Counted from the stretch's first letter, positions 44,148 to 56,128 are shown. The stretch is DNA of 64,000 nucleotides from Schizochytrium sp. TIO01 (GCA_004764695.1 SMSO01000034.1:1302001-1366000); one strand, 5' to 3'. Numbers and translations are program-made. The notes: a model not told the origin generated them from the sequence alone.

Positions 44148-44450
44148 ATGTTGACAAACATGTCCGTACAGGAGTTCTCTGTCTCAGTCTGTCATACGAT
44201 CTGTGCTACATTGAAAACTGTTGCAGCTGTTCTCTGCTGCACATGGTCTCGTCTCTTACTACATTATCTTAGCCTATTATGACTTGAGGTGCAAAAGAAT
44301 TAAATGAGCCTTGAAATAAAAGTTCGACGGGTAGCCCGTTTTTGTTGATCGTAAGAGAAACCACGTTTCGATGCTAATTTTAAGCCATCTGCGTGATCTC
44401 GTGTGGTTCCTTTGAAAAGCCAAGTTCATTGAATGGTCTTACTAAATTAA
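44148..44450 (+). pseudogene. F-box(/LRR)-like relic
   Basis: MLTNMSVQEFSVSVCHTICATLKTVAAVLCCTWSRLLL (44148-44261) fits +L..+S+.E+.....VC+.L.......W..L.L. Downstream N*MSLEIK and LNGLTKLN are LRR-like. Confidence 0.4.
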
Positions 44451-44590
44451 ATCAGATTTTTTTTATGAAACAAAAAATCATACATGAGATATTTACATTT
44501 TTATTTCAAAAGGAGAGTAAGAAAGAACGAAGTATGATGGACAAGAGACGTACGTATATCTCTTCAGTATTTAAAGATGTACTGATCTCG

Positions 44591-47500
44591 TCACTCACCC
44601 TCAACCTGTTTCATTGAGTGCATTGTTAGCTGCGCTAGAACCTGAGATATGACCTCTACATCATCAAGTTCATGGTTTAACATTTCCAACGCTTCGATGC
44701 AAAGTCCAACTTGAGCGTGCGGATGATCATTCATGTGCTCTCCAAGGCGACCCAACAGCTCTAGAACATGCATCCGCGCCGCCAGACGGCTTTGCACATC
44801 TTCAAGAATACCTTCATCTTGTACAGAAACGTGCAAGACAACACCTAGTAGACCGAGAAAACGCGGGTGGCTAAGCATGCGTGTCATTGCACGCGCAGAC
44901 CCAGGCAAAACAGCCACAAGTAAAGAAAGACATGCGCATGCCTTCTCAAGGAGAACCGCAAGATCGCCTAAAACTATTACTGGTGCATCCACGAAGCGTT
45001 CAAGGTCTTCTGTGAACTCCTTTGCACCCTCAGTGTCTTGAGACATCGCAGAGCCCTTGCGGTCGCGGTTTCCAGGTTGCAACCAGCATGCCCAAGCCAG
45101 GGTCGACGGTAAATTAATGCTCGACAATCCAAGAGCGTGCTCAACTGCGAGGGCCATAACAGCTAGAACTTCACCCTGGTCCAGCACAAGTGCGGCCTCG
45201 TCTCCAAGTGTAATCACTTGTAGTAAAGGGAAGAGAACGTCCACTACGGCCTCAAGCTGTTGTTGTTGCTGTTGCTGGAATTGTGTAGCCATTACTGGGT
45301 TCCTGGCACGAGACCCTCCCACTCGCGTCTCTTCATCTAAAGAAATCGACTGAAAGATCAAACGAGCAAATTCAGCTGCACGGGACAGAATACTGCATGG
45401 GGGAGAAATCAAACTCGCGGTATCCACAAAGGAAGCGCCGGTGTAAAGAATCGATGATATCAGCTTTGCACCAGCTAAAATTGAGGCTTCAATTTCAGAC
45501 CCTGTGCCCCCCACCCCTCCGCTGATAGATGCATCATGCTCAAGAGCTGGCTTGCCCATTACGCTTAATGAGCTTGATCGCAAATTAGGATCACTATCAC
45601 CAGCAGGGAGAAGTTCTGTGTAGAAAACCATTAGTCCGAGCGATTCAATGTGCTGTATAATCATAGGGTGCTTGCTAATTTCAAAACACAACAAATTTAT
45701 CACCAAAAGAGGGACTGGGGCTTCTTCTTGCAGAAGACTCGCAGTTCGAGGTAAAACGCGCTCCAGTACAAAATTGAACACATGTTCACTTAGTGCCTGA
45801 AGCAAACGAATCCGAGTTGCACGGGACTCCACAGACTCATCGCGATCGTGCAAAGGATCCTCGAATCCAAAGTAATCCACCAAATCGTCAACTTCATCTT
45901 CGTCCTCATTATCATTCTCTTCAGCATTAAACTCTCCGCCCACTTCTTGCTTTTCTCTCTGGAAATTAAAGTCATGCCCAGCTCGTGCGATGATCCCAGT
46001 CCGTGTGAATGTACACAGAATATCAATTGCAAGTCGCAAGCACCAAGATTTCGTCTCGAAGGAGATTTTAGTCGCGACACTAGCAGCCCACAATGCCGGA
46101 AGGAGGTCTTGAACAATCGCTTGTGCGATGTCCGGTATACGCAGAGCATCTGAATCCTGGGCAAGACTTTCCGCTAACAACAGGATGAACCGTTGGAAAT
46201 CAGGCAACGCACCCGTTAGGACATTGAGATTTACGCGAATCAGTGTTGATACTGAACCGATAAGGTCTGCGCTACAGTTGATAAAAGGTGATAATGCACG
46301 ACTCATACTTAGTTGATGCAAAAGAGGTAATGAATCCCGCCCTAATCTTTGAAGCATTCCAGCCTCCGGTGAGGAGGCAGTCACCGTTCGTCCAGAAGCC
46401 ACAACTGGAGCGAGGCGGCTTGCAGTCTTTGTTACAAATGCAATTGCTTCATTTGCAACGATTGCAAGCCTATATACGAGTGTGTGAAGGCATCGCCGCA
46501 TCATCAAAGTTCCTTCTGGGCCATCTCGCTCAATGAGGTCGTCTACATTTGGGCCACGACGAAGCTTACCAGTCGCGCCGCGGGTTCGTGCCAGGCTTGC
46601 AACATCTGTGTCTGCTACACTTGGCTCAGATAAAGAGGGTTCTTCAGGAGATACGGCACGCCGAAGTCGCATGTGAAGTCGGTCAAAAATCTGCACCAGT
46701 TTGTTATCAAGAAGCGTGTGGAGCTCCCCAGGGTAGTGTTGCAAAAAAAGAGTCAAGGTAACAATAGCTTTGGACCTTACAACAAAATTTTGCCCATGAC
46801 TCAAAAGCTGCACTAGTGCGCGTAAGATACCTAGTTTTACAGTACTTCGACGCCCAAATAAAGCTTCACGAGTGATTCTTTCTGCCCCAAGCCTCGTAGC
46901 TGGAGGCATAACTCGCATAGGAGATGCAGGAGATACGACAGAGGGTTGGATCACATCTGCTGAGCTCGAGTGCAGTACCAAGTTCAGAATGTTAAGAAAA
47001 GCTTGTTGAATGCGAGGCGATCCATGCACAGCTTGTAGACCATTTGCAATAAATCCCCAGCCTTCGTTTTCTGCAAGGCGAGGCAGTAGACGACGGTTGA
47101 GCCTGACCAAATGTGCTAAAGCCATAGCACAGGTAGATCGGAGGTGCTCTGCTTTTTCACGTAGTGTGGCGCTTAATAAGTTTGATGCAACATCAGCTGT
47201 GGCAAATCGTAGGCTTGTTGCACCTGCACCCTGGGCAATCTGTTCAGCTGCTGGTGCGAGGCTTAGCACATTTTCAAAGGTCTTCGCTGCGAAAAAACGA
47301 ATAGTTTCATCTTCAGAGTGTAAACAGCTGGAAAGTTGCTTCAATGCAGCTCCAGAAATTTTCCATTGATCAACAGCAGCAGAGGATGGCGTTGAGGGAA
47401 CGTTTCCACCTTCCCCGCTGTTCATTGCATTCTCTGGCGAATTCGCGGTAATATAAAACAAAAGCTCACCTAAACCAGCAGAACCGTATCTACGAATTGG

Positions 47501-50500
47501 CAACACTTCATCTTGCGAAAATGTTACGAATGCATCCAAGAGACCTTCATCATTCAACCTTGGTGCAATGAAAGTAGCGTGGCGCACAAGAACAGCTAGA
47601 ATGATAGCCACGCGCACACGTAATTTGCGAAGCTGAGATTTTAAAGAAGTTTTTGATGATGATGGGGTAGTCACAGAGTGAGGTTTTTGCATCGTCGAGG
47701 CGGATGGTCCTGCAGACGCTGCCATAATGTGTTGCCGTATGTTCATATTCGTAGGTGTTGCATTATAGGCACTAGAGCTTCCAAAGTCGGGCCCAAATGC
47801 ACTGGCTGCATGAGATGTTGATGAAGGCGGTGATGGAGGAGTAACAGGGCCACTGCGAATTCCTGGTCCACCACGCGGGGTGCGCGGAGAACGTGGGGAT
47901 CGTGGAGGAGAACGCAAACCACCGGAGTTTCCACCACTAAGCACTGTTTCGGGCTTAGTTCCGAGGCGGATGAGAAGAGATACAAGAGACGAGCTAACAA
48001 TTACATTGGCGAGGCGAGGGGTAGTGCACAGCGAATAAAGATATCCCAGTGTCTGAATAACCTGTGAAGCAGTATTTCCAGGGCTGGATGACAGTGCGCG
48101 GAAAACTTGGGAAAAGAAAACCTCAAGTTCATGACCGTTTAGTCTGGCTGCATCCTGGGCCGCAAGGTTAGGAAAGGGAAGAGATCGAGGGTTGTACTTT
48201 AATACTGGAAGCGCAGTAGTAATTGGATTGCCAACAATGGGTCGTACTACGAAATCATGTGCATCCATGAGAAGCGCCTGGACCTCCCCCGTGCCACGAA
48301 AATCGCGTTGTACTAGCTCGGGAATCAGAACAAATCTGTATTGTTCAAGAAGACGATGAAATCTGTTTTCGCCTATTTCTGTAACCTCGCGTTCAAGTTG
48401 AGGGTTCATCTCTAAAGCTGGCTCTGCAGCCGATTCAGGAGGACCCGTTGTTTCGAGTTTTTCATTCTCTTCTTCAAAGTTGGTTTCGCCATTTCCAAAC
48501 ATATCACCCGCTTTCGTATTGTTCACTGAGCTTCCTCCAAACTGGTTTTCGATTTGACCAGCTGGTTCAGTCATATTCTCTTCAAACGATTGATTCTTAG
48601 CGTCTTCTCTAAGGCTGCGCAAAGTACCTTCGTATTTGCCAGTGGATACTAGCCTGGGATTTCTCCTCGGCATGTAATCTTCTCGCTTTTGAAAGGCTTC
48701 ATTAAAACCATCATCGTCTTTAAAACCTTCACTTTTGTCATCAATATCTCCATCTCCATCTCCATTGTCGTCATCAAAAACATTATCATCATCATCGTCA
48801 TCATCTCCTAATGCTAGAGCAAGTACTGCTGCTGCAGCTTCTTGTACACTATCTCGTTTGATGCCTAGCTTTGTAGACCGTTCCGAGGCGGAAACACTGT
48901 TCGGTGAGGTCACATTCGACGTTGGGCTTTGTTTAGAATTTGTATCTGCAGATGCTGGCCGACTTTTAAAGGAAGTATGGGTGATACTAATAGTGAGAGC
49001 TGCTGACTCTTCAGGAGCAGTTCGTGGTCGCTCTAGATTGTCTTGTGTTTGTTCTTGAAGGTCTACAAAGGTAGCGTCTTCTTGCATTGTAGACTCGGGT
49101 GCTGCAAACTCTGATTCACGGTTCTGAGAACTATCAGCAATGTCTCTCGTAGCGCTGTGGTCAATTTGAATAGATGCATTGGGCTGTATCTCCTCCAGTT
49201 GAGCAAACATGTTTTCTCTCTCTTCGCGAGTATGGCTATCTTGCACTTCAGTCCCATCATCTAGTTCATCTTCTTCCTCATCATCTTCCTCATCGTTGTC
49301 TTCATTCTGCACATGGATGTTCTTTCTCCTGTTTTGCTGTGCAATACTGCGTTGCTGTTCTTCCTTACTTAACCTAGTGTTGTCGTCATTTTCATTCTCA
49401 TCATCTTCCTCTTCACCCTCAATCGGGGTATCTGGCCGGTACTCAAAGTCAAGAACAGTATCTGTATTTTCAAGTTGAAGATCTCCCTCAAAAACCGGTG
49501 ATACCATGCCTCGTCGCTGCGAGGTCGCTGGTACCTGAGGTTCGTAGTTCTCTGAAGGCTGGTCGACCTCTTCTAAATTTAGAGGAACAGATGTCTGCAT
49601 CGACATCCGCTCCAGAGAGGCTGTACTATCAGTGTTCAGAGTACCGTCACGGCCACGCGGATCCTCCTCCACAAGATTGCTTTCATATAGCTCACTCTCG
49701 CCGCAATCTCTATGGTCATCGCGCCGTTTCAAATCGACCTCATCAACAGCTAGCAACGCCGCAGCGGAACTGGCAGTCAAGGATCGCCTAAGGTAAGTGC
49801 CTGATGCACTATCAACGCTCTCGCGGAGAAGATTTCTACGTGCATTGGCAGACATGCGTAGTGACTCTTCCTCTGGTATGCCATTGAAACTGATATCGTT
49901 TGTGTCATCGAGCTCAGGATCGGAGTCCTCCTCTGGGCATGAGGGGACATACTCGCGTGTCTGAAGATAATTTTGATATGCTGTATTTTGAGGTACTCTT
50001 GCAAGAGATGGAAGTGGCATGCCCTCCCAAAATTCATGAGTAAGCAATGCCGGCCACGATATGCGTTTCGCCGGGTCTTTCCTTAACAGTGATCGGAGCA
50101 AGTTCTTAAAAGGCACAGTGAGTTCATCCCCAGGTGGTAGTTCTAACGGTGCTGCTTGTATGAGCTGTACAAGTTCTGTAAAGCTCCTTGACACAAATGG
50201 TGGCTCCCCAATGACCAGCTCGTACAATACCACACCTAGCGACCACATATCTGAAGCCACTGATGGCACACCCTCTTCGGTAAAAAGTTCTGGCGCCATG
50301 TAACAGGGGGTCCCGCGCCGCTTTGATTTTGGTGCCATTTTAGAAAGTTGGTCTAGCGTCATAGAAAGTGCGAAGTCACTCAGCTTCAAAACTCCGTATT
50401 CGTTAAGCAATATGTTTGATGGTTTCAAATCGCAGTAGAGTACACCGTTCGAATGGAGGTACAGCAGTGCATGCACTAGATCGGCGCCAAAAACTCTGGC

Positions 50501-50791
50501 TGCTGTTTCGGGGAGACAGCCGTCATGGCGGAGAAGGTCCAGCAGGCTACCTCCAGTTGCAAATTCAAGGATGAGCCAAATATGATGTCGGGTCTCGTAC
50601 CACTTGAAGAAGCGGAGGCAGTTGGGGTGGTTGAGCTTATGTTGCACGCGGACCTCCTGAAGTACTTTATCGATTTTGGATTTGTCTACAGACTTGATCG
50701 CCACATATTGCACGGTCTGTTTCTCGCGACCCTTGTAGACCATGCTATGTTGACCGCGGCCAATTTCATCGTAGATGTGGTAACCATCCAT
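44591..50791 (-). CDS. ULK4: ULK4/RUNKEL-like (pseudo)kinase with HEAT/ARM repeats, 2066 aa
   Basis: N-terminal YHIYDEIGRGQHSMVYKGR..TVQYVAIKSVDKS, WYETRHHIWLILE, YCDLKPSN, SDFALS, KRRGTPCYMAPELF. C-terminal LVRHATFI and RRYGSAGLGELLFYI HEAT repeats. Confidence 0.92.
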   Translation of the reverse strand: MDGYHIYDEIGRGQHSMVYKGREKQTVQYVAIKSVDKSKIDKVLQEVRVQHKLNHPNCLRFFKWYETRHHIWLILEFATGGSLLDLLRHDGCLPETAARVFGADLVHALLYLHSNGVLYCDLKPSNILLNEYGVLKLSDFALSMTLDQLSKMAPKSKRRGTPCYMAPELFTEEGVPSVASDMWSLGVVLYELVIGEPPFVSRSFTELVQLIQAAPLELPPGDELTVPFKNLLRSLLRKDPAKRISWPALLTHEFWEGMPLPSLARVPQNTAYQNYLQTREYVPSCPEEDSDPELDDTNDISFNGIPEEESLRMSANARRNLLRESVDSASGTYLRRSLTASSAAALLAVDEVDLKRRDDHRDCGESELYESNLVEEDPRGRDGTLNTDSTASLERMSMQTSVPLNLEEVDQPSENYEPQVPATSQRRGMVSPVFEGDLQLENTDTVLDFEYRPDTPIEGEEEDDENENDDNTRLSKEEQQRSIAQQNRRKNIHVQNEDNDEEDDEEEDELDDGTEVQDSHTREERENMFAQLEEIQPNASIQIDHSATRDIADSSQNRESEFAAPESTMQEDATFVDLQEQTQDNLERPRTAPEESAALTISITHTSFKSRPASADTNSKQSPTSNVTSPNSVSASERSTKLGIKRDSVQEAAAAVLALALGDDDDDDDNVFDDDNGDGDGDIDDKSEGFKDDDGFNEAFQKREDYMPRRNPRLVSTGKYEGTLRSLREDAKNQSFEENMTEPAGQIENQFGGSSVNNTKAGDMFGNGETNFEEENEKLETTGPPESAAEPALEMNPQLEREVTEIGENRFHRLLEQYRFVLIPELVQRDFRGTGEVQALLMDAHDFVVRPIVGNPITTALPVLKYNPRSLPFPNLAAQDAARLNGHELEVFFSQVFRALSSSPGNTASQVIQTLGYLYSLCTTPRLANVIVSSSLVSLLIRLGTKPETVLSGGNSGGLRSPPRSPRSPRTPRGGPGIRSGPVTPPSPPSSTSHAASAFGPDFGSSSAYNATPTNMNIRQHIMAASAGPSASTMQKPHSVTTPSSSKTSLKSQLRKLRVRVAIILAVLVRHATFIAPRLNDEGLLDAFVTFSQDEVLPIRRYGSAGLGELLFYITANSPENAMNSGEGGNVPSTPSSAAVDQWKISGAALKQLSSCLHSEDETIRFFAAKTFENVLSLAPAAEQIAQGAGATSLRFATADVASNLLSATLREKAEHLRSTCAMALAHLVRLNRRLLPRLAENEGWGFIANGLQAVHGSPRIQQAFLNILNLVLHSSSADVIQPSVVSPASPMRVMPPATRLGAERITREALFGRRSTVKLGILRALVQLLSHGQNFVVRSKAIVTLTLFLQHYPGELHTLLDNKLVQIFDRLHMRLRRAVSPEEPSLSEPSVADTDVASLARTRGATGKLRRGPNVDDLIERDGPEGTLMMRRCLHTLVYRLAIVANEAIAFVTKTASRLAPVVASGRTVTASSPEAGMLQRLGRDSLPLLHQLSMSRALSPFINCSADLIGSVSTLIRVNLNVLTGALPDFQRFILLLAESLAQDSDALRIPDIAQAIVQDLLPALWAASVATKISFETKSWCLRLAIDILCTFTRTGIIARAGHDFNFQREKQEVGGEFNAEENDNEDEDEVDDLVDYFGFEDPLHDRDESVESRATRIRLLQALSEHVFNFVLERVLPRTASLLQEEAPVPLLVINLLCFEISKHPMIIQHIESLGLMVFYTELLPAGDSDPNLRSSSLSVMGKPALEHDASISGGVGGTGSEIEASILAGAKLISSILYTGASFVDTASLISPPCSILSRAAEFARLIFQSISLDEETRVGGSRARNPVMATQFQQQQQQQLEAVVDVLFPLLQVITLGDEAALVLDQGEVLAVMALAVEHALGLSSINLPSTLAWACWLQPGNRDRKGSAMSQDTEGAKEFTEDLERFVDAPVIVLGDLAVLLEKACACLSLLVAVLPGSARAMTRMLSHPRFLGLLGVVLHVSVQDEGILEDVQSRLAARMHVLELLGRLGEHMNDHPHAQVGLCIEALEMLNHELDDVEVISQVLAQLTMHSMKQVEGE

Positions 50792-51253
50792 TGTGGAGGC
50801 CTCGCTTTAGAGAGCGCAAGACAGCAAGGCAAAACCCACACGAAATGGAAGGGGGTCCACTCTCGATCCTGGTGTCTCTTCGACTCTAAAGGTCGAAGAG
50901 ACCAGTATTCACGGGCCTTGCAGACACGCACGACACTAAATAAAGTACTGCAAGAGGAGTTGATGCGCAAGGGCCTGACCGACCCTGCGATGAAACTGGT
51001 TTACGAAGGGCCACAAGAAGAACGAAGAAAAAAAATCATGTTTTGATCAATTTTTTGGGGGCATAATAATTTTAGCATAGGTAATATATGTAGGCCTAAA
51101 TATGTCGTAATCTGTAATGGGAAAAAACAAAGAGCCAAAGTCATCGAGTGAAGCATCCGATCAGCAGTCGATCTTTATCATCAGGTTTCACATATAAAGA
51201 AACACCGAGTCAAGAGAATTAAGTTTGGCAAGCAAGCAATCACTGATGCAGTT

Positions 51254-51445
51254 TTAGTGAAGAACCAGACGAGTCAAATTCGCAAGTTTTTGTAATTCTC
51301 TTTGTAACTCTGTTAAGTAATTCAGAAGATCGAGACTACCATTCCAGAATGGTATTGCACAGAAAGAAAAAGGCTGTGCTTGAGAATAACACCATGGCGC
51401 CAGAACCTGCCGACGAGTCTCGTGTGGAAAAGAGAACAGTTGTGC
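51254..51445 (-). pseudogene. F-box/LRR-like relic
   Basis: QLFSFPHETRRQVLAPWCYSQ...FCAIPFW, then KLANLTRLVLH. Confidence 0.3.
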
Positions 51446-52244
51446 AGATTCCGGAAAGAGCAATGACATGAGCATGCGACGAATGCGATGTCTTTAAACC
51501 ACCTTATGTAATATTTATAACAAGAGAAACCGAGAGATTCCACACATGTAAATGCAGCTCGCCACATCTTAAAATCGAGCTATAATTCAACTAAAATAAA
51601 AAAAGGTGATTTATGTTAATACCGCCATCTTTCATCACTACTTGCAAAAGATTTTTTGTACGATATCCTAAAGTATCTCGCTCTCTATATCTACAGGACC
51701 GGCCCCTACTCCTCAGAGCTGCATCCATTGTCTTAGCACAAGCAATTATAATCAAGCACTCCTTTCGGCATTTACAAAGGAATTTCGCGACCTCGAGTTG
51801 GCAAATAAATAAACAAATAAACAAATAAATAAATTGATAAATTGATAAATACTGCAGACTGTTGTTAACTGCCATAACCATAACTGCGCAACGCAAATAC
51901 TCTTTGCAGATCTTAGTAGGAGTTTGCTATGGACAGATAGGACGGCCTCGTTTGTATCTTCTTCCTTTCTTTTGAGGCTGTTTCTAATTCATTGCGCTAG
52001 TGTTTAACTACCATAAAGGGTAGAAGTAGAGCTGATCTTCTTTTTGTTTCGTCGGGACCCAAAAAGAAATCCACTCCGATCCAAACCCGATTCTCGTGCT
52101 GTTGCAGCGGAGATCGAGACGAGCGAGACGCTGCTAGAGCAGTCGAGAGTGAGGATAGTTTTGGGAGAAGCTAGACCCGCAAGACCTTGCGGAAGATCAC
52201 TCAGTGAATAGTGATTGATACATAGTGCAAGAGTGAGTGCCAGG

Positions 52245-53917
52245 ATGAACCGCTTCGTGCAGAGCTGCCTGGTCCTGGTGGCCATTTTAGCCACTCTCGC
52301 GACCCTTGCGAATGCTGTTGAGATCCCCTCTGGCGAGACCTCGAAGCGCCTTCTTCAGGAGCGCCGCTCTGGCATGAAGCTGACCATCACGCGAAACACG
52401 ATTAAATCCAAGGCGAAGCGCTATGAAGAGTTTGTGATGGACAAATTTGCAAACACTGGTCTTCTTGGCAGCGAGATTATCAACGAGGAAAGCCTTTGCG
52501 ATCCTAACGTTGGCCAGATCGCTGGATACCTTACCCTTGCAGAGCAAAATAAACACTACTTTTTCTGGTTCTTTGAAAGTCGCAATGACCCCGAGAACGA
52601 CCCGGTCACTGCCTGGCTTACAGGCGGACCTGGCTGCTCCGGTATGGTTGGCCTTTTTCAGGAGCTCGGACCCTGTAAGGTGAACAAGGATGGTGCCTCG
52701 ACCAAACTTAACCCGTACAGCTGGAATAACAAGGCCAACATGATCTTCATCGATCAGCCTGGCGAGACTGGCTTTAGCTATGGTGATGGTGACAGTAATG
52801 AAGACACCGTCTCTATGGATTTGTACATTTTCATCACGGAGTTCATGACTAAATTTAACAAGTACAGTGGCAACGACTTCTACACCGTAGGGGAGTCCTA
52901 CGGTGGTCATTATGTACCTGCCTTTGCTCACCGCATCTTCACTGAAAACCAGAACCGCGCCAAGGGTGTTCCTCACATCAACCTGAAGGGCTTTGGCGTC
53001 GGTAATGTAAGTTTAATTGTTCTAGTCCGAAGTCTTTCGTCTTCATTCCGAGATTTTCAAATACTGACCCCGATGCTACTCTTTTGCGCAATCCTATTCA
53101 ACAGGGTCTCACTGACCCGGAGGAGCAGTACAAGTACTATGCCCAGATGGCCTACAACTCCACTACAGCTCCGCCCCGCGTGACCAAGCACACCTATGAT
53201 CGCATGGTCGCACGCACACCGGCTTGTATCAAAATGATTGCCAAATGTAATGAGAAGGGCCAGTCCCCCTTCAAGTGCATTGAGGCTCTCATGTCTTGTA
53301 ACTCTAACCTCGTTACTCCGTACACCTCCACAGGCTACAATGTCTACGATATGCGCATCAAGTGTGAGGTTGAACCCTTGTGCTATGACTTCAGCGAGGT
53401 CGATGCCTATCTCAACAGTGCCAAGGTGCAGAAGTACCTTGGTGTACAGAAGAAGTGGGAATCCTGTAATAGTCAGGTAACCCAGGTAAGTGGTGATGGA
53501 TGTAAAAGCATTTTTTCCACAGTGACTAACCGACAGCATAACGTTTCTAAATCAAACCTCATTTGGAGTATACAGCAAATGTCAGGTGATTACGAGCGTC
53601 GTTACCAGCAGATGGTTCCCCCCATGCTTGAGGCCGGTATCCGTGGCATCATCTATGCTGGTGATGTTGACTTCATCTGCAACTGGCTCGGCAACCGCGC
53701 TTGGACCATGAAGCTCCCTTGGAGCGGCCGTGATGGTTTCAACAAGGCTGGCGAGAAGCCCTGGATGGTGGACGGTGAGGAAGCTGGCAAGGCTCGCAGT
53801 TACGGCCCCTTTACCTTCCTTCAGGTTTACCAGGCTGGTCACATGGTTCCTCTTGACCAGCCCAAGGCTGCTCTTGCTATGTTCGAGAACTTCATCAGTG
53901 GAGGATCCTTCCCTTAA
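52245..53917 (+). CDS. Serine carboxypeptidase S10 (carboxypeptidase Y-like), 3 exons: 52245-53006, 53105-53485, 53576-53917
   Basis: Signal peptide; FFWFFESRNDP, WLTGGPGCS, GESYGGHY (Ser), AGDVDFICN (Asp), AGHMVP (His). Intron 53007-53104 joins GN|GLTDP, and intron 53486-53575 joins VTQ|QMSGDY; both are GTAAGT...CAG. Confidence 0.93.
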
Positions 53918-54238
53918 ATGATCGAGTGAAAACTTCAGGCGTTTGTCCATACAGGGTATATCTAAAACGCCGAACATGCGTAGCAGGTGAAAGCCCTTTC
54001 GAATCGGCCAGCATGCAGAAGCTCGGATTCACTATCGCATAACTTGTGAAGGAGCAAAGATTGCTTGCACATTAACATAGTCATTCTAATATTCACCTTC
54101 ATCCTTTTTTACTGCTCTAGTATACTCTTTAATAGGTAAAAGATTGCTTTTGTGAATTGCCATGCGAGTCTGGATTTCAATATTGATATTTAGTAAGTGA
54201 GAGATGAGGAATGAGCCTATGAAACAAATTATTAATAC

Positions 54239-55621
54239 TTATATCTTGACAGGCAAGAAAAGAGAAATGCCCACGATGCCACACCCTACTGTAAACGCAG
54301 ACTTGGTCGCCAACGAGAGATGTGCCGAAGCGAAAAAGACCGCAGCAATTGCCAAGCTCTGCCATAGCTTGAAATGAGCAAATGACAGTTGTCGGGAATC
54401 TTTCTGAGGCTCCGGACGTGAAGCCAGCATTGCAGTAATGAGGGTGTTGCAAGCTGCATCAGTAAACCCGAGCAGAATACTGAGAAGAACAAAAATTGGC
54501 AAAGCTCCGTCTGGATTAAGATCCTGTAGGAAATCGAGGCCTGCCGTTGAGGCAATGATCACCTGGAACAGAGCTGCAAGAGACAAAAGAAACTTAAGGA
54601 TAGAGGACGAGCTATTAAGCTTTCCTAGCATCCAACTTGATAAGGCATCGCTAAAACTATAAATGGTCATTAGGACTGGTACCTGGTTCATCCCTAGTAC
54701 AGGCTTTATAACTGAACCGGTAAAATCTCCCCACGCCCAAGCTGCCTGAGCTCCACTGTAGGCAAACAAGGGAATAAGCATGAGTAACGTCTCATCAAGC
54801 CACAGTATGCTTAGCATTGTCGTCGACACTTGGTCTCTAATTGATGTCTGTTGTTCAGAGTCCCACTGGTAAGACTCGTGCTCCTCCTCTTCGATACTTA
54901 TGTTGCTGTTCAGGCTTGCGTAGCTCCCACTACCTGGACGAGAAGACTCAAGGTCCTCGAGACGTGTTGAAAGTGCGACACCAGCACAGGCACTTGCGGT
55001 GAAGATAAGAAACAATAGCTTTTCGACTTGTGGAGCTACCTCAGCACCAGAATTTTGTTCAACCTGTGCATCATTCCCGGAATGTAGCACAATGTAAGCA
55101 ATCACATTACCAGCGAGAGGTCCTAGTTGAAAAATTAAAAAGAATATTCCCGATGCGGTGGCTGCTTGAGCTTTGTCTGCGTGGCTGATCAAACTCAAAT
55201 AGACGCCTTGGGCATTCCACAAAGTTGCTGCGCCAACTCCAAGGCATGCCGCAGCTGGAATCAATGTCCACCACACCGGGTAAAGATTGCTTAAGATGAA
55301 GATCGCATATGTTGAGAAACCGGCTGTCATCGCCTTGGTGGTCCCGAGTTTTTGCAAGAGGATCGGTGCCCAAAGCCCTGCAATTGTAAGACACACATAT
55401 AGTACACCGAGAGCTGCAGTACCAGCCCCGTCAGGATGAAGGCTTGACTCGAGGCCTTGGGTGGCCCCAAAAGCCAGGAAGACAAGACAAAAACTCCAAG
55501 ACATGACTTGCAGATTTCTCATGTCAAGTCTAGCACTACTCTCATTATTGGGTCCCGAGGTCGGTGCACCTGCACCTTCACCACGGTTACTGATGCCAGC
55601 ATCGGGTTCCTCCTCAAGCAT
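54239..55621 (-). CDS. UNC-93-like MFS membrane protein
   Basis: FCLVFLAFGATQGLESSL, GVGAATLWNAQGVYL, GIFFLIFQ, LLIPLF-like LMLIPLFAYSG, FAHFKLWQS; about 12 TMs. Confidence 0.88.
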   Translation of the reverse strand: MLEEEPDAGISNRGEGAGAPTSGPNNESSARLDMRNLQVMSWSFCLVFLAFGATQGLESSLHPDGAGTAALGVLYVCLTIAGLWAPILLQKLGTTKAMTAGFSTYAIFILSNLYPVWWTLIPAAACLGVGAATLWNAQGVYLSLISHADKAQAATASGIFFLIFQLGPLAGNVIAYIVLHSGNDAQVEQNSGAEVAPQVEKLLFLIFTASACAGVALSTRLEDLESSRPGSGSYASLNSNISIEEEEHESYQWDSEQQTSIRDQVSTTMLSILWLDETLLMLIPLFAYSGAQAAWAWGDFTGSVIKPVLGMNQVPVLMTIYSFSDALSSWMLGKLNSSSSILKFLLSLAALFQVIIASTAGLDFLQDLNPDGALPIFVLLSILLGFTDAACNTLITAMLASRPEPQKDSRQLSFAHFKLWQSLAIAAVFFASAHLSLATKSAFTVGCGIVGISLFLPVKI

Positions 55622-56128
55622 GGTGGCGATTGCAGGTCACAGTGGTGTTTTGGAGCCCAAATGGTCCTGGTTTAGACAGGGGTCCCCTGTGATCTAAAGT
55701 AGCCCGTATTTGTTATCATTGTTATTATTATATTATTATCATCTAAGCGAACAATGCCGGTGATCACAACATAGCATTAGCTAAAACTTTTTTTATTTAT
55801 TTTTTCAAATAAAGTCTTAATTTGTTATGATAATAATTTGATTCCTTTTATAAACGAATATAAAAGAATACAGAATATAGGGAAGATGAAGAAGGTTATA
55901 TAGGTATGGGTCTAACCTAAGAACGAACTAGATTATTTCACAATAAGTTAGGCCAAGAATGAAGCTTGTATGTCCCAAACCATCATAATAGCTAACGCAA
56001 AAATTCCAGACGGTCGATGATGAATATGTTTGAGTTTTTTTGTTTTTATTTCAAAACAAAATACGATTTTTGAGGGAAAAAATGTGAGAGCTGAATGTTT
56101 TATTCTGATCATGATCACTGCTCATAGT

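Noticed and set aside
55905-55925. CTAACCTAA as a telomerase RNA template or telomere seed
   Set aside because: Only 9 nt inside a TpA-rich promoter patch, with no supporting structure.
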